From Capsulimonadaceae bacterium (GTDB taxonomy: Bacteria > Armatimonadota > Armatimonadia > Armatimonadales > Capsulimonadaceae): a stretch of 64,000 bases of DNA. Where the stretch lies: NCBI GenBank assembly GCA_965215505.1, contig OZ244065.1:2784001-2848000 (forward strand), in the 5' to 3' direction. This document shows, in pieces, positions 17,338 to 27,556 of the stretch. Position 1 is the stretch's first letter, and each line of letters starts with the position of its first letter. A program made the translations under genes and the position numbers. The notes beneath the pieces are model-generated. The model was not told the DNA's origin and searched no databases. It worked only from the letters and a program-made list of their open reading frames with translations.

Positions 17338-17949
17338 ATGACACCGCAGGGCCACACAACACGCGCGCGCCAGGCCAGCCTTACCCGACGCACGTCGGAG
17401 ACCGACATCGCGCTGGCCGTCTCGCTCGACGGCGACGGCGCAAGCGAAATCGTCACCGGCGTCGGCTTCTTCGACCACATGCTCACCCATGTCGCCCGCC
17501 ACGGGCTGCTGCACCTCACCGTCAAGGCGGCCGGCGACCTGCACATTGACGACCACCACACCGTCGAGGACGTGGGCATCGCTTTGGGCCAGGTCTTGCG
17601 CGAGGCCGTCGGCGACAAGGCCGGCATCGCCCGCTACGGGCAGGCCCTCGTGCCCATGGACGAGGCCCTGGTGTCCTGCGCGCTGGACTGGAGCGGGCGC
17701 GGCCTGCTGGTCCATGACTTCGCCTTCACCGCGCCCAAGATCGGCACGTTCGACACCGAGCTTGTCGCCGAGTTCTTCCGGGCCGTCGCCGCCAATGCCG
17801 GCCTGACGCTGCACTTCGAGCAGAGGCGCGGGGCCAACGCCCACCACATCGCCGAGGCGGCCTTCAAAGCCTTCGGGCGCGCGCTGGACATGGCGAAGCG
17901 TCGCGACGAGCGCGTCTCGGGCATCCCCAGCACGAAGGGGACGTTGTAA
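17338..17949 (+). CDS. hisB: Imidazoleglycerol-phosphate dehydratase (monofunctional)
   Basis: R.T.ETDI, FFDHML, DDHHTVED, PMDEAL, HHIAEA.FK and PSTKGTL motifs. Confidence 0.97.
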   Translation: MTPQGHTTRARQASLTRRTSETDIALAVSLDGDGASEIVTGVGFFDHMLTHVARHGLLHLTVKAAGDLHIDDHHTVEDVGIALGQVLREAVGDKAGIARYGQALVPMDEALVSCALDWSGRGLLVHDFAFTAPKIGTFDTELVAEFFRAVAANAGLTLHFEQRRGANAHHIAEAAFKAFGRALDMAKRRDERVSGIPSTKGTL

Positions 17950-17954
17950 ACCCG

Positions 17955-18416
17955 ATGGCGACACAAGCCGCGCCTCTCACGCTGCCGAGCGTCTTTGCCG
18001 CCGACCTGTCCTACCGCATCGGCGCGGCCCTGTTCAGCCTCGTCGGCATGATCGGCATCGGCCTGGCGGCCAGCCGCCACGAGACGCAGAACCTCATCGT
18101 CTCCGCCGTCCCGTTCGTCGTCTTCTTCGGCGCGCTGCTGCTGACCCTGACCTTCCAGCTTGAGGTGGACGAGGCGGGCCTGCATCAGCGGTCCATTTTA
18201 GGCCGCAAGGAGGCGACCTGGGAACAGGTCCGGCGGCTCGACCAGGGGCGGGCCTACTCGGTCTACGGCGAGGGCACGGGCGAATTGGTCTGGCTGTCCC
18301 TCGTCTCCACCTCCGCCCAACTTGCGGTCGCCGAGGAGGCCATCCGCCGGTGCAAGCTGCATCCCTCGGGCGCAAAGATGGAATACCCGGTTCGTCAGCA
18401 GTGGGTCCGCAAATGA
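17955..18416 (+). CDS. Hypothetical membrane protein (2 TM plus bacterial PH-like domain)
   Basis: Two hydrophobic segments followed by LEVDEAGL...W..V. Confidence 0.65.
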   Translation: MATQAAPLTLPSVFAADLSYRIGAALFSLVGMIGIGLAASRHETQNLIVSAVPFVVFFGALLLTLTFQLEVDEAGLHQRSILGRKEATWEQVRRLDQGRAYSVYGEGTGELVWLSLVSTSAQLAVAEEAIRRCKLHPSGAKMEYPVRQQWVRK

Positions 18417-18441
18417 GACCAAGCGCATTGAGAACATCAGC

Positions 18442-19059
18442 ATGAAAGTCGCGATCATAGACTACGGCATGGGCAACCTGCGGAGCGTCGAGAAGGCGTT
18501 CCATAAGGTCGGCATGGAAGGCGCGTTCGTCACCGACGACCCCGCCGAGGTGGCGCGCGCCGACAAGGCCGTCCTGCCCGGCGACGGCGCGTTCGACTCG
18601 ACCATGCACTCCCTGCGCCGGTCGGGCGTGGATCGGACGGTATTAGAATTCATCGCCTCGGGCCGGCCGTTCCTCGGCATCTGCGTCGGGATGCAGGTCC
18701 TTTTGACCGGCAGCGAGGAGGGCGAGCCGGGCGTCCGGGGGCTGGACGCGGTGCCGGGTCGCGTCCGGCGCTTCCCCGGCGGCGAGGGCCTGAAGGTCCC
18801 GCAGATCGGCTGGAACGACATCGCCTTCACCCCTGACTCGCCCCTGGGCGCGGACCTGCCGGGCGACTCGCCCATGGCCTACTTCCTGCACTCTTACTAC
18901 TGCGCGCCCGACGACCCCGCCGACTGGGCGGCGACGACCGACTACGGCGTCCCCTACTGCTCCGCCCTGCACCGGGGCAACGTGTGGGCCACGCAGTTCC
19001 ACCCGGAGAAGTCCGGCCCGGTGGGCCTCGCCATCCTCCGCAACTTTTCGCGCCTGTAA
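18442..19059 (+). CDS. hisH: Imidazole glycerol phosphate synthase glutaminase subunit
   Basis: IIDYGMGNLRSV, LGICVGMQ and QFHPEKS motifs. Confidence 0.97.
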   Translation: MKVAIIDYGMGNLRSVEKAFHKVGMEGAFVTDDPAEVARADKAVLPGDGAFDSTMHSLRRSGVDRTVLEFIASGRPFLGICVGMQVLLTGSEEGEPGVRGLDAVPGRVRRFPGGEGLKVPQIGWNDIAFTPDSPLGADLPGDSPMAYFLHSYYCAPDDPADWAATTDYGVPYCSALHRGNVWATQFHPEKSGPVGLAILRNFSRL

Positions 19060-19110
19060 GTGTCAGAAGAGTATCAGAGAACGAGTGTCGGAAGACAAAG
19101 GAAAATAACA

Positions 19111-19446
19111 ATGGACGCAGGCATCCTCGCACTCTCCATCCCCATCGTCGCCATCGTGCTTGGAGTCGGCGGCGGCATCGTCCAGAGCGTCCTGAAGTCG
19201 CAGGAGCGGCGGATGGAGATGCGGCTCCAGGCCCAGCAGGGCCAGAGCGAAGATGTCACGCGGCAGATCGAGGCCCTGCGGGCTGAGGTCGCCCGCCTGC
19301 GCGACACCAGCACCCAGTTCGACATGAGCCTGGAACACAGCGTGGAGCGGCTGGAAGAGCGCGTCGGACGCATCGAAACTAAAGCGGCCCCCCGGCCTGC
19401 GACGGTCTCCCAGCCGGAAGAGTCGCAGCCGCTCGGGCTGCGCTGA
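19111..19446 (+). CDS. Small single-TM coiled-coil protein (paralog 1)
   Basis: N-terminal TM; DTSTQFDMSLE..VERLEERVGRIETK. Confidence 0.8.
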   Translation: MDAGILALSIPIVAIVLGVGGGIVQSVLKSQERRMEMRLQAQQGQSEDVTRQIEALRAEVARLRDTSTQFDMSLEHSVERLEERVGRIETKAAPRPATVSQPEESQPLGLR

Positions 19447-19457
19447 GGAGGATAGCC

Positions 19458-19802
19458 ATGGAGATAGTACACGCGCTGGGCGAACTCATCGAGTTCCTCG
19501 GTTTCTTCGGCGGCATCGGGCTTGTCATCCTCGCCGGCAACAAGGCCAAAATAGATAAGATGCGAGCAGAGCGGGAGATCATGCAGCAGTCGCTCGCACC
19601 GCGCGGCGAACTCTCGTCCGCTGACGTGCAAAGCCTGAAACAGCAGATCAGCGAGATGCAGAACACCAGCCATCAGTTTGACATCTCCTTTGATGCCGCC
19701 CTGAGTCGCCTGGAAGACCGGATCAGCCGCGTCGAAACTAAAGTGGCCGCCGCGCCGCAGACGCCTCAGACCGAGGAAGTGCAGCGAGTCGGACTGCGCT
19801 AG
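19458..19802 (+). CDS. Small single-TM coiled-coil protein (paralog 2)
   Basis: SD GAGGAG; NTSHQFDISFD..LSRLEDRISRVETK. Confidence 0.8.
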   Translation: MEIVHALGELIEFLGFFGGIGLVILAGNKAKIDKMRAEREIMQQSLAPRGELSSADVQSLKQQISEMQNTSHQFDISFDAALSRLEDRISRVETKVAAAPQTPQTEEVQRVGLR

Positions 19803-19811
19803 GAGAAGAAT

Positions 19812-20165
19812 ATGGATAATGGCACACTCGACGCGGTCTTTATCATCCTCAGTTCCCTCGGCGGCATCGCGGGGATCATCGCGGCGTCCGGGTGGGCGCG
19901 GGCCGTGAATGTCCGGGCCGAGCGGGCGCATCAGGCCGCGTCCGCCTCAGACGCCGCCCAGGACTCCGCTATGCTGGCAGAACTGAAAGCGATGCGGCAG
20001 CAGATGGAGCAGATGCAAAGCACCAGCCATGGGTTTGACCTCTCCTTTGATGAGGCCCTGAACCGCATGGAGGGCCGCGTCGGGCGGCTGGAAACCAAGA
20101 GCGCCGCGAATACGGCTGCCCCCGCTGATGCGCCCGCCACCCTCCGCAACGGGCTGGGCCAGTGA
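19812..20165 (+). CDS. Small single-TM coiled-coil protein (paralog 3)
   Basis: SD AGGAG; STSHGFDLSFD..LNRMEGRVGRLETK. Confidence 0.8.
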   Translation: MDNGTLDAVFIILSSLGGIAGIIAASGWARAVNVRAERAHQAASASDAAQDSAMLAELKAMRQQMEQMQSTSHGFDLSFDEALNRMEGRVGRLETKSAANTAAPADAPATLRNGLGQ

Positions 20166-21046
20166 CAGCGACCCTCCTCCGCTACAACGACGGCTCCCGG
20201 AACCCGCCCCGGCTGCGCGTCCAGCACTCCCTCTGGTCGCTGCAAGGGCTGCCCCTGAACGCGGCCCCCGACGCCGAATGGACGCTGGCCGAGAAGTTCG
20301 AGCGGGTCAAGGCCGCCGGCTTCGAGGCCGTCGAGTGCTGGCTGGACGAGAGCGACGAGCGTCGGCACCGGGACGCCCTGAACGCCGCCGGGCTGCGCCT
20401 GGTCTTGGGCCACCACCCGTTCACTTTAGAAGACACGCGCCGGACGGTGGAACAGGCGAAGCGGCTGAACGCCGACTTCGTGTTCGCCCAGCCCCTCCAC
20501 CCCTATGTCCCGCTCGCCGAGGCCGTCCCGTTCCTGCGCGAAGCGGTCAGCATCGCCGCCGGCCACGGGCTGCCGCTGTTCATCGAGACGCACCGCAACA
20601 ACATCCCCGAGAGTCTGAACCAGGCGCTCGCCCTGGTCGAGAGGATGCCCGAGATCACCTTCACGGGCGACCTATCGCACTTCGTCGTCATCGGCGAGTT
20701 CTACGGCTGGGCGGACGACGGGGCGGTTGACCGCATGGACCCCATCCTGCGGCGCGTCTCGCACCTGCACGGGCGCATCTCCAACGGCGAACAGGTGCAG
20801 GTGGATGTCGGCGACGGGTCCGGCGAAACCGCCCAGTTCTTCGTCCGCCTGTGGGCGCGGGCGATGTCCCACTGGCGGCAGGCGGCCGGGCCAGGCGACG
20901 TCTTCCCCTTCGCGAGTGAGCTAGGCCCCCCGCGCTACGCCATCACCCTGCCGGGCGGCGAAGAGTTCAGCGACCGCTGGGAGCAGAGCCTGGTGATGAA
21001 GCGCCTCGCCGAGCAGGCGTGGGCGCTGTCCGCAGTGCAGTCATAG
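20162..21046 (+). CDS. Sugar phosphate isomerase/epimerase (TIM barrel) family protein
   Basis: GFEAVE, IETHR, TGDLSH, HLHGR and ELGPP.YAI motifs. Confidence 0.8.
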   Translation: MTATLLRYNDGSRNPPRLRVQHSLWSLQGLPLNAAPDAEWTLAEKFERVKAAGFEAVECWLDESDERRHRDALNAAGLRLVLGHHPFTLEDTRRTVEQAKRLNADFVFAQPLHPYVPLAEAVPFLREAVSIAAGHGLPLFIETHRNNIPESLNQALALVERMPEITFTGDLSHFVVIGEFYGWADDGAVDRMDPILRRVSHLHGRISNGEQVQVDVGDGSGETAQFFVRLWARAMSHWRQAAGPGDVFPFASELGPPRYAITLPGGEEFSDRWEQSLVMKRLAEQAWALSAVQS

Positions 21047-21069
21047 ATCATGCGGGGGCAGCAACTAAC

Positions 21070-22356
21070 TTGCCGGTAGTATCCAGAAACAACTATTCCT
21101 ACGACCGGGAGGACCACGCCGCCGCTCACACCGACGACTACGTTTTCAACCAGCTCATCCCCTACATCGGCAACAAACGTAAGCTGCTGGGCCTGGTACA
21201 GAAAGCCCTTCACAAAGCGGGGGTCGGGCCGGACGCCACCTTCCTTGACGTTTTTGCTGGGAGCGGCGTGGTATCACGGATGGCCAAGAGGATGGGTTTC
21301 CGGGTTGTCGCAAACGATTGGGAGCCATATTCCTTCGAGATCAGCAAGTGCTGTATCCAGTGCAACGAAGCACCGGAGTTCCGTCATTTTGACGGTTACG
21401 CCAACGCTCTCACCCGGCTGAATGCGCTCCCTCCAGTTGAGGACTGGATCACCAGGCATTTATGCCCCTCCGACGATGACGCCTATGACATCCTCACGGA
21501 CCGACTGTTTTACACCCGCACCAATGGGATGATCATGGATGCGATGAGGATCGAAGTCGCACGGTGGGAGGATGCAGGCTTGATTTCGCCACTGGAAAAG
21601 GCGTGCCTGCTGACCCCCATGCTTTACCAGGCCTCCTATACCAGCAACACCAGCGGCGTGTTCAAAGGCTTCCACAACGGCTGGGGCGGGCAGACCGGGA
21701 CCGCGCTGTACCGGATACTCTCCGAGTTCCACTTGAAGCCGATGCTCTTCCATGACAATGGCAAAAACAACCCTGTCTTCAGAGTGGACAGCGCGGATCT
21801 GGCGGAGACTCTGAAAGACGCCGGAGTCAAAGCCGACGTGGCTTACCTTGACCCTCCCTACAATCAGCACCCCTACGGCAGCAACTACCATGTGCTGAAT
21901 ACCATCACCCTATGGGATAATCCTGTGCTGAGTGAAAGAATTGAAGGCAGGAACAAGGCAGCGATCCGTGAGGATTGGCGGACACAGAGGCGCAGCGCCT
22001 ACAACCATCGCAGCGCGGCGACGGCCGCCTATACTGGCCTGATGCACTCTCTGAGGGCCAGGTTTTTGCTGACAAGCTACAGCACGGATGGCATGGTTCC
22101 GTTAAGGGACCTTGTCGAAACCTGTGTCAGCAGAGGCCAGACTGACTTCGTTCTTCAAGGCTATAAGCGGTATCGCGTGAGTTCACAACGCTTCTCCCAT
22201 AAACCAGTCAACATTGAATTCATACTTACTGTGGATGCCGGCAAAGATCATCGGGGGCCGGGCATACAGGAAATATGCGACAAGATCGTTCAGGCCGAAC
22301 AGACGGCGCTTGTCCGGCATCCTGAGCCGGAGACGCCTCCCATGGAACGTAAATGA
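21070..22356 (+). CDS. D12-class N6-adenine DNA methyltransferase (orphan; start uncertain)
   Basis: YIGNKRKLL, DVFAGSG, YLDPPY and NYH motifs. Confidence 0.88.
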   Translation: MPVVSRNNYSYDREDHAAAHTDDYVFNQLIPYIGNKRKLLGLVQKALHKAGVGPDATFLDVFAGSGVVSRMAKRMGFRVVANDWEPYSFEISKCCIQCNEAPEFRHFDGYANALTRLNALPPVEDWITRHLCPSDDDAYDILTDRLFYTRTNGMIMDAMRIEVARWEDAGLISPLEKACLLTPMLYQASYTSNTSGVFKGFHNGWGGQTGTALYRILSEFHLKPMLFHDNGKNNPVFRVDSADLAETLKDAGVKADVAYLDPPYNQHPYGSNYHVLNTITLWDNPVLSERIEGRNKAAIREDWRTQRRSAYNHRSAATAAYTGLMHSLRARFLLTSYSTDGMVPLRDLVETCVSRGQTDFVLQGYKRYRVSSQRFSHKPVNIEFILTVDAGKDHRGPGIQEICDKIVQAEQTALVRHPEPETPPMERK

Positions 22357-23720
22357 TGAGACTCTGTCAGACATTCCTGACACTCGCCGCCCTGCTGTCC
22401 CTTGCCACAGCCGCCTGCTCCGCGTCCCAGATTACGCAGCAGGCACCGCCGGTGACGCCCGCGTGGGTGCCTCGGGCGGTCGTCTACGAGGTCAACTTCA
22501 GCGTCTTCTCCCCTACCGGAGACTTCAAGGGCGTCGAGGCGCGGCTGCCCGAGTTGCAGCGGCTGGGGGTGACGACGGTCTGGCTCATGCCCATCCACCC
22601 CGTCGGCCAGGTCAAGAGCTTCGGCAGCCCGTACTGCGTCCGCGACTATTACGGGATCAACCCCGGCCTGGGGACGGCGGAAGACTTGCACCATCTGGTC
22701 CGGGCCGTCCACGCGCGTCACATGAAGATCATCCTGGACATCGTCGCCAACCACACCGCCTGGGACAATTCTCTAATTACCAGCCACCCCGAGTTCTACA
22801 AGCACGACGCCCAGGGGAACATCGTCGCCCCCAATGCCGAATGGAAAGATGTCGCCGGCCTGGACTACCGCAGCCCCGGCCTGCGCCTCTACATGACCGG
22901 CGTCCTGTGCTACTGGCTGCGCGCCTTCGACGTGGACGGCTTCCGCTGCGACTCGGCGGGGCTGGTGCCGACCGACTTCTGGGAGGCGGCATCGGCGAAA
23001 GCCAGGAAGGTCAAGCCGGACATGCTGATGCTGGCCGAGGGCGACCAGACGGACCTCCAGAACAGCGCCTTCGACCTGGACTACGACTGGCCCCTGCTGG
23101 GCGGAATCTATGCCGTGCTGGTCAAGGGCGACCCGGCGACCCGGATTCAGACCATTCTGGAGGGGGAACACACGCGCTACCCCGCCCGCGCCCTGCACAT
23201 GCAGATCAGCGACGACCACGACGAGCAGCGGGCGACGGTCAAATACGGCTCGCGCGGTGCGCTGGCCGCCTCCGCCCTGATGCTGACTTTGGACGGCGTG
23301 CCCCTGCTCTACAACGGCATGGAGGTGGGGGACACGGGGACAAAACTCATCGTCTGGGATGGCCCGCGTCAGGCCGAGACTTTCCGCTTTTATCAGCAGC
23401 TACTAGCCCTGCGCCGCGCCCACCCGGCTTTGCGGCAGGGCGAGACGCGGTGGCTGACGAACTCCGACCCCGCCCACCTGCTGACTTATCTGCGCCGGGG
23501 CGGCGGGGAAGAGTTTTTGGTAACGATCAACGTATCCGGCCAGCCCGTCGCAGGCAGCATCAATGGCCTGGAAGCGGGCGGCCCGTGGGCCGACGTCACG
23601 CCACTCGGGGGAACCGCCGGCCCCCCGGAGCGGCCTCAAAGCGCCGCACCGCCCGCGCTCTCGCTGGCCGCTTATGACTCCCATATCTTTCAGCGCCGCA
23701 GAGGCTCCCTAAAACCATGA
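22353..23720 (+). CDS. GH13 alpha-amylase family protein (exported/lipoprotein)
   Basis: WLMPIHP, DIVANH, DGFRCD and DHDE motifs; N-terminal signal with ATAAC. Confidence 0.9.
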   Translation: MMRLCQTFLTLAALLSLATAACSASQITQQAPPVTPAWVPRAVVYEVNFSVFSPTGDFKGVEARLPELQRLGVTTVWLMPIHPVGQVKSFGSPYCVRDYYGINPGLGTAEDLHHLVRAVHARHMKIILDIVANHTAWDNSLITSHPEFYKHDAQGNIVAPNAEWKDVAGLDYRSPGLRLYMTGVLCYWLRAFDVDGFRCDSAGLVPTDFWEAASAKARKVKPDMLMLAEGDQTDLQNSAFDLDYDWPLLGGIYAVLVKGDPATRIQTILEGEHTRYPARALHMQISDDHDEQRATVKYGSRGALAASALMLTLDGVPLLYNGMEVGDTGTKLIVWDGPRQAETFRFYQQLLALRRAHPALRQGETRWLTNSDPAHLLTYLRRGGGEEFLVTINVSGQPVAGSINGLEAGGPWADVTPLGGTAGPPERPQSAAPPALSLAAYDSHIFQRRRGSLKP

Positions 23721-25984
23721 ACCAATTAGACATCGAGGCCTTGGAATATCATCGTAAAGCGCCCCACGGCAAATTGGAAATCGTACCGACCAAGGCTTGT
23801 TTCACGCAGCATGATCTCGCCCTCGCCTACACCCCCGGCGTCGCCGCGCCCTGCCGCGCCATACAGCAGAACCCGGAGGATGCCTTTCTCTATACGGGGC
23901 GCGGCAACCTGGTGGCGGTCATCACGAACGGGACCGCCGTGCTCGGCCTGGGCAACATCGGTGCGCTCGCCAGCAAACCGGTGATGGAGGGGAAAGCCCT
24001 CCTCTTCAAGCGGTTCGCCGACCTGGACTCGATTGATCTGGAACTGGACACGCAGGACCCGGAACAGTTCATTCAGGCCGTCCGGCTGATGGAGCCGAGC
24101 TTCGGCGGCATCAACCTCGAAGACATCAAAGCACCGGAATGCTTTGAGATCGAAGAGCGGCTCCGCCAGGCGATGAACATTCCCGTCTTCCATGACGACC
24201 AGCATGGAACGGCGATCATCTCCGGGGCGGCCCTCCTCAATGCGCTTGAACTGGTCGGCAAGCGCATCGAAGACGTGAAGATCGTCTTCAGCGGGGCCGG
24301 GGCAGCCGCGATCGCATCGGCGCGTTATTACCGGGTGCTGGGGGCACAGCGCCGGAACATCCTGATGGCGGATATTCACGGCGTAGTCCGACCGGACCGG
24401 CAGCCGGCCCCCGACCCGGCACAGGCGGAGTTCGCATCGGAAACGGCCTGCCGCACGCTGGCGGATGCCCTGGTCGGGGCGGATGTCTTCATCGGCCTGT
24501 CGGCGGGGGGGATCGTCTCTCCCGAGATGGTCGCGCCGATGGCCCCGAAGCCGATCATCTTTGCCTTAGCCAACCCCGATGCCGAGATCGGTTACCTGGA
24601 AGCGAAGACAGCCCGGCCGGATGCGATCGTCGCGACCGGACGCTCGGACTTTCCCAATCAGGTCAACAACGTGCTCGGCTTCCCGTTTCTTTTCCGGGGC
24701 GCACTGGACGCGCGAGCGACCGAGATCAACGAGGCGATGAAGATCGCGGCTTCACGCGCTTTGGCCGCCCTGGCACGGGAGGATGTACCCGACGCGGTCG
24801 CCAAGGCGTATGGCCTGGACACGCTCCGCTTCGGCCCGGACTACCTCATCCCGAAACCGCTCGACCCGCGCGTGCTGCTCTGGGTCGCGCCCGCCGTGGC
24901 GCAGGCGGCCATGGAGTCCGGCGTGGCCCGTGTGCAGATTGACATGGAGAAGTATCCCGAACAGCTCGAAGCTCGGCTCGGCAAATCGCGCGAGATGATG
25001 CGGATCGTCTTCAACAAGGCCAAGAGCGATCCCAGGCGGGTCGTGCTGTCTGAAGGTGAGCAGGAGAAGATGATTCGGGCGGCGTACCAACTGGCAGAAG
25101 AGCGGATCGCCCGGCCGATCCTGCTGGGAAACGCGCAGGTCATCGCAGCCAAGGCCGCCGCCATGCTGCTGGACCTGAAGGGGGTTCAGGTCCTCGACCC
25201 GGCCCTCTCGGACCGGCACGAGGACTACCTCGAACACCTGCTGACTCTGCGGGAGCGCAAGGGGGTGACGCGCCGCGAAGCCGAAGAGCTGATCCAGCGC
25301 CCCGACTATTTCGCTTCCGTCATGGTTGACCTGGATGAAGCCGACGGCATGGTTTCGGGTCTCAGCTCCCACTACTCCGAGGGGCTGCGGCCACCGCTGC
25401 AAATCATCCGCGCCGCTTCGGGCGGGCACAACGTCGCGGGCGTCTACCTGGTCGCCACGCGCCACAAAGTGCTCTTCTTCGCGGACACGACGGTCAACAT
25501 TGATCCCGACCCCGAGACGCTGGTCGAGATCGCCCTCCTCACCGCCCGCCTCGCGCAGAGCTTCGAGATCAAGCCCCGGATCGCCATGCTGAGTTTCTCG
25601 AACTTCGGCAGCGTCCGGCATCCGCGCGCCGACAAGATGCGCCGGGCTGCCGAGATCCTGGCCGCCCGCGCCCCGGACCTGCATGTGGACGGCGAGGTCC
25701 AGGCCAACACGGCTCTCGTGGCCGAGATACTGAACGGGACTTATCCTTTCAACCGTCTCGGGGCCGAAGCGAACATATTAATCTTCCCGAGCCTGGAAGC
25801 CGGTAACATCGGCTACAAGCTGGTGCAGCAACTGGCCCAGGCCGAAGTGATCGGCCCCATCCTGGTCGGGATGCGGAAGCCCGTCCATGTGCTTCAGCGC
25901 GGCGACGAGGTCAAAGACATCGTCAACCTCGCAGCCCTAGCCGTGCTCGAAGCCCAGAAGCGGCATCTGACGGCCCCAAGTTAA
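23717..25984 (+). CDS. maeB: NADP-dependent malic enzyme with PTA domain
   Basis: [33 protein letters not shown] motifs; C-terminal PTA-like domain. Confidence 0.95.
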   Translation: MNQLDIEALEYHRKAPHGKLEIVPTKACFTQHDLALAYTPGVAAPCRAIQQNPEDAFLYTGRGNLVAVITNGTAVLGLGNIGALASKPVMEGKALLFKRFADLDSIDLELDTQDPEQFIQAVRLMEPSFGGINLEDIKAPECFEIEERLRQAMNIPVFHDDQHGTAIISGAALLNALELVGKRIEDVKIVFSGAGAAAIASARYYRVLGAQRRNILMADIHGVVRPDRQPAPDPAQAEFASETACRTLADALVGADVFIGLSAGGIVSPEMVAPMAPKPIIFALANPDAEIGYLEAKTARPDAIVATGRSDFPNQVNNVLGFPFLFRGALDARATEINEAMKIAASRALAALAREDVPDAVAKAYGLDTLRFGPDYLIPKPLDPRVLLWVAPAVAQAAMESGVARVQIDMEKYPEQLEARLGKSREMMRIVFNKAKSDPRRVVLSEGEQEKMIRAAYQLAEERIARPILLGNAQVIAAKAAAMLLDLKGVQVLDPALSDRHEDYLEHLLTLRERKGVTRREAEELIQRPDYFASVMVDLDEADGMVSGLSSHYSEGLRPPLQIIRAASGGHNVAGVYLVATRHKVLFFADTTVNIDPDPETLVEIALLTARLAQSFEIKPRIAMLSFSNFGSVRHPRADKMRRAAEILAARAPDLHVDGEVQANTALVAEILNGTYPFNRLGAEANILIFPSLEAGNIGYKLVQQLAQAEVIGPILVGMRKPVHVLQRGDEVKDIVNLAALAVLEAQKRHLTAPS

Positions 25985-26163
25985 TTCCGAGTTGACGAAC
26001 GTAAGGGACTGGGGGGCGTCAAGGTCCTGCTTACGGACCCTCGCGCTTCCCAAGAATGGCATCCACTTGCGCCAGATCTGCGTCGGTCAAAGGCCAATCC
26101 GCCCGCGCTTTCGTTTGAGGCTTACGGCTTCCGCCTGTTCCGGTGCAGAGCCGATAGTCTCCT

Positions 26164-27210
26164 CTAGACCGTCGGCTGAAGGCCAGGAACATAGTGGCCT
26201 GCCACGCCCCGCGCGATCTGCGCCGGGTCTGAGGGGGCGACGTTCGTCAGCACGATCACGGCGAGATCATCCTGTGGGAAACGCTCCGCGTGGGTCATGA
26301 AGCCGGGGATACCCCCACTGTGGCCTACAAAAGGATGCCCCTGGTAGTCGCCCATAGCCCACCCGAACCCGTAGCCGGTCTTGGTCCCGTCGGTCAGCGT
26401 CGCCGGTGTCCACATCATCTCCCATGCGGCATCAGGCAGCAGGCTTTCGCTGCCCAGCGCGGCATCCCAGCGCGCGAGGTCAAGCGTCGTGGAAACCAGC
26501 GCCCCCGCCGAAAAGGGCCAGGTCATGGAGATGTGGCGGGCGTTCCACAACCGGTCCTCACCCCACACATAGCCGCAGGCGCGGTGCGGGATGATGTCAT
26601 CCATGTCATTGAGGCGGGTGGCCTCCATCTTCAAGGGGGCGAAGATGCGCTCCCGGAGGAAGTCCGCGTAGGGCCGGCCACTCGCCCACTCGATGACATG
26701 CCCCAGCAGATAGTAGCCGGTGTTGTTGTAGGCGTACCGCTCGCCGGGCGCAAACTCCAACGGCTCCTCGGCGATGAGGGCCAGAACTTCGTCCCGTGAG
26801 GCCGGCAGGAACGTCAGGCGGGCCATGACATCGGGAATGCCCGTGAAACTTTTGATGCCCGAGGTGTGGTCCAGCAGGTGCCGCACCGTCACGCCTGCCC
26901 AGGCGTCGGGCAAGCCCTCTAGGGCGTGGGTGACGCTCTCTTCCAATCCGACCTTGCCCTCCTCCACGAGCATCATGACGGCGGTGGCCGTGAATTGCTT
27001 GGTGATGGAACCGATCTGGAACACGGTTTCGGACGTGACCGGGACGTCCAGTTCCAGACTGGCCGAGCCGTATCCCCTTGCATGGATGACCGCACCTCCA
27101 TGGGCGACGGCCAGCGACAGGCCGGGGATGTGCTGGCCCTCCATCTGACCGGCGATGAACCGGTCCACGGCCTCTTCGGCGTCCTCTTGAGACACAGGGG
27201 GTTGAGACAT
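26164..27210 (-). CDS. Serine hydrolase, beta-lactamase class C-like
   Basis: SITK (SxxK), YNN (YxN) and GHSG motifs; start could be 27243. Confidence 0.9.
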   Translation of the reverse strand: MSQPPVSQEDAEEAVDRFIAGQMEGQHIPGLSLAVAHGGAVIHARGYGSASLELDVPVTSETVFQIGSITKQFTATAVMMLVEEGKVGLEESVTHALEGLPDAWAGVTVRHLLDHTSGIKSFTGIPDVMARLTFLPASRDEVLALIAEEPLEFAPGERYAYNNTGYYLLGHVIEWASGRPYADFLRERIFAPLKMEATRLNDMDDIIPHRACGYVWGEDRLWNARHISMTWPFSAGALVSTTLDLARWDAALGSESLLPDAAWEMMWTPATLTDGTKTGYGFGWAMGDYQGHPFVGHSGGIPGFMTHAERFPQDDLAVIVLTNVAPSDPAQIARGVAGHYVPGLQPTV

Positions 27211-27510
27211 GGAAGGGGTATGTTCCTCATCGTACAGGGGCATGGCGTTAGAGAGGGCAGGAACGCCGCTGAGTCTGCGGGCGCAGAGGGATGCTGACGG
27301 TGGGGCGAGATCCGTCGGATTAAGTCTGTGCTTTTGGATCAGCGCGATGCTGCTCGCCCCCCGATGATGGCACACGAGAGCGAGTGGTTTTCGGGACAGG
27401 TCCCCTCCGCCACCAAGACTCGGCAGGTGTCTTCAGCAGTGGTAGAAGGGTCGTACTCCCATCCCATCACGTCGAACTGCCGGGCGGCGATTTCTTGGGC
27501 TTTCCCTCCG

Positions 27511-27547
27511 AAAAAGGCGGCCCCGGCGGATGCTGGGGCCGCCTTTC
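27511..27547 (-). terminator. Rho-independent terminator after ftsZ
   Basis: aaaggcggcccc-loop-ggggccgccttttt on the minus strand. Confidence 0.8.
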
Positions 27548-27556
27548 AGCCGCTGC

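Noticed and set aside
27385-27470. Fluoride riboswitch or SRP RNA
   Set aside because: The GCUGAAGACACC resemblance lacks the matching pseudoknot partner, and the SRP GGAA domain is absent; kept only as a generic structured candidate
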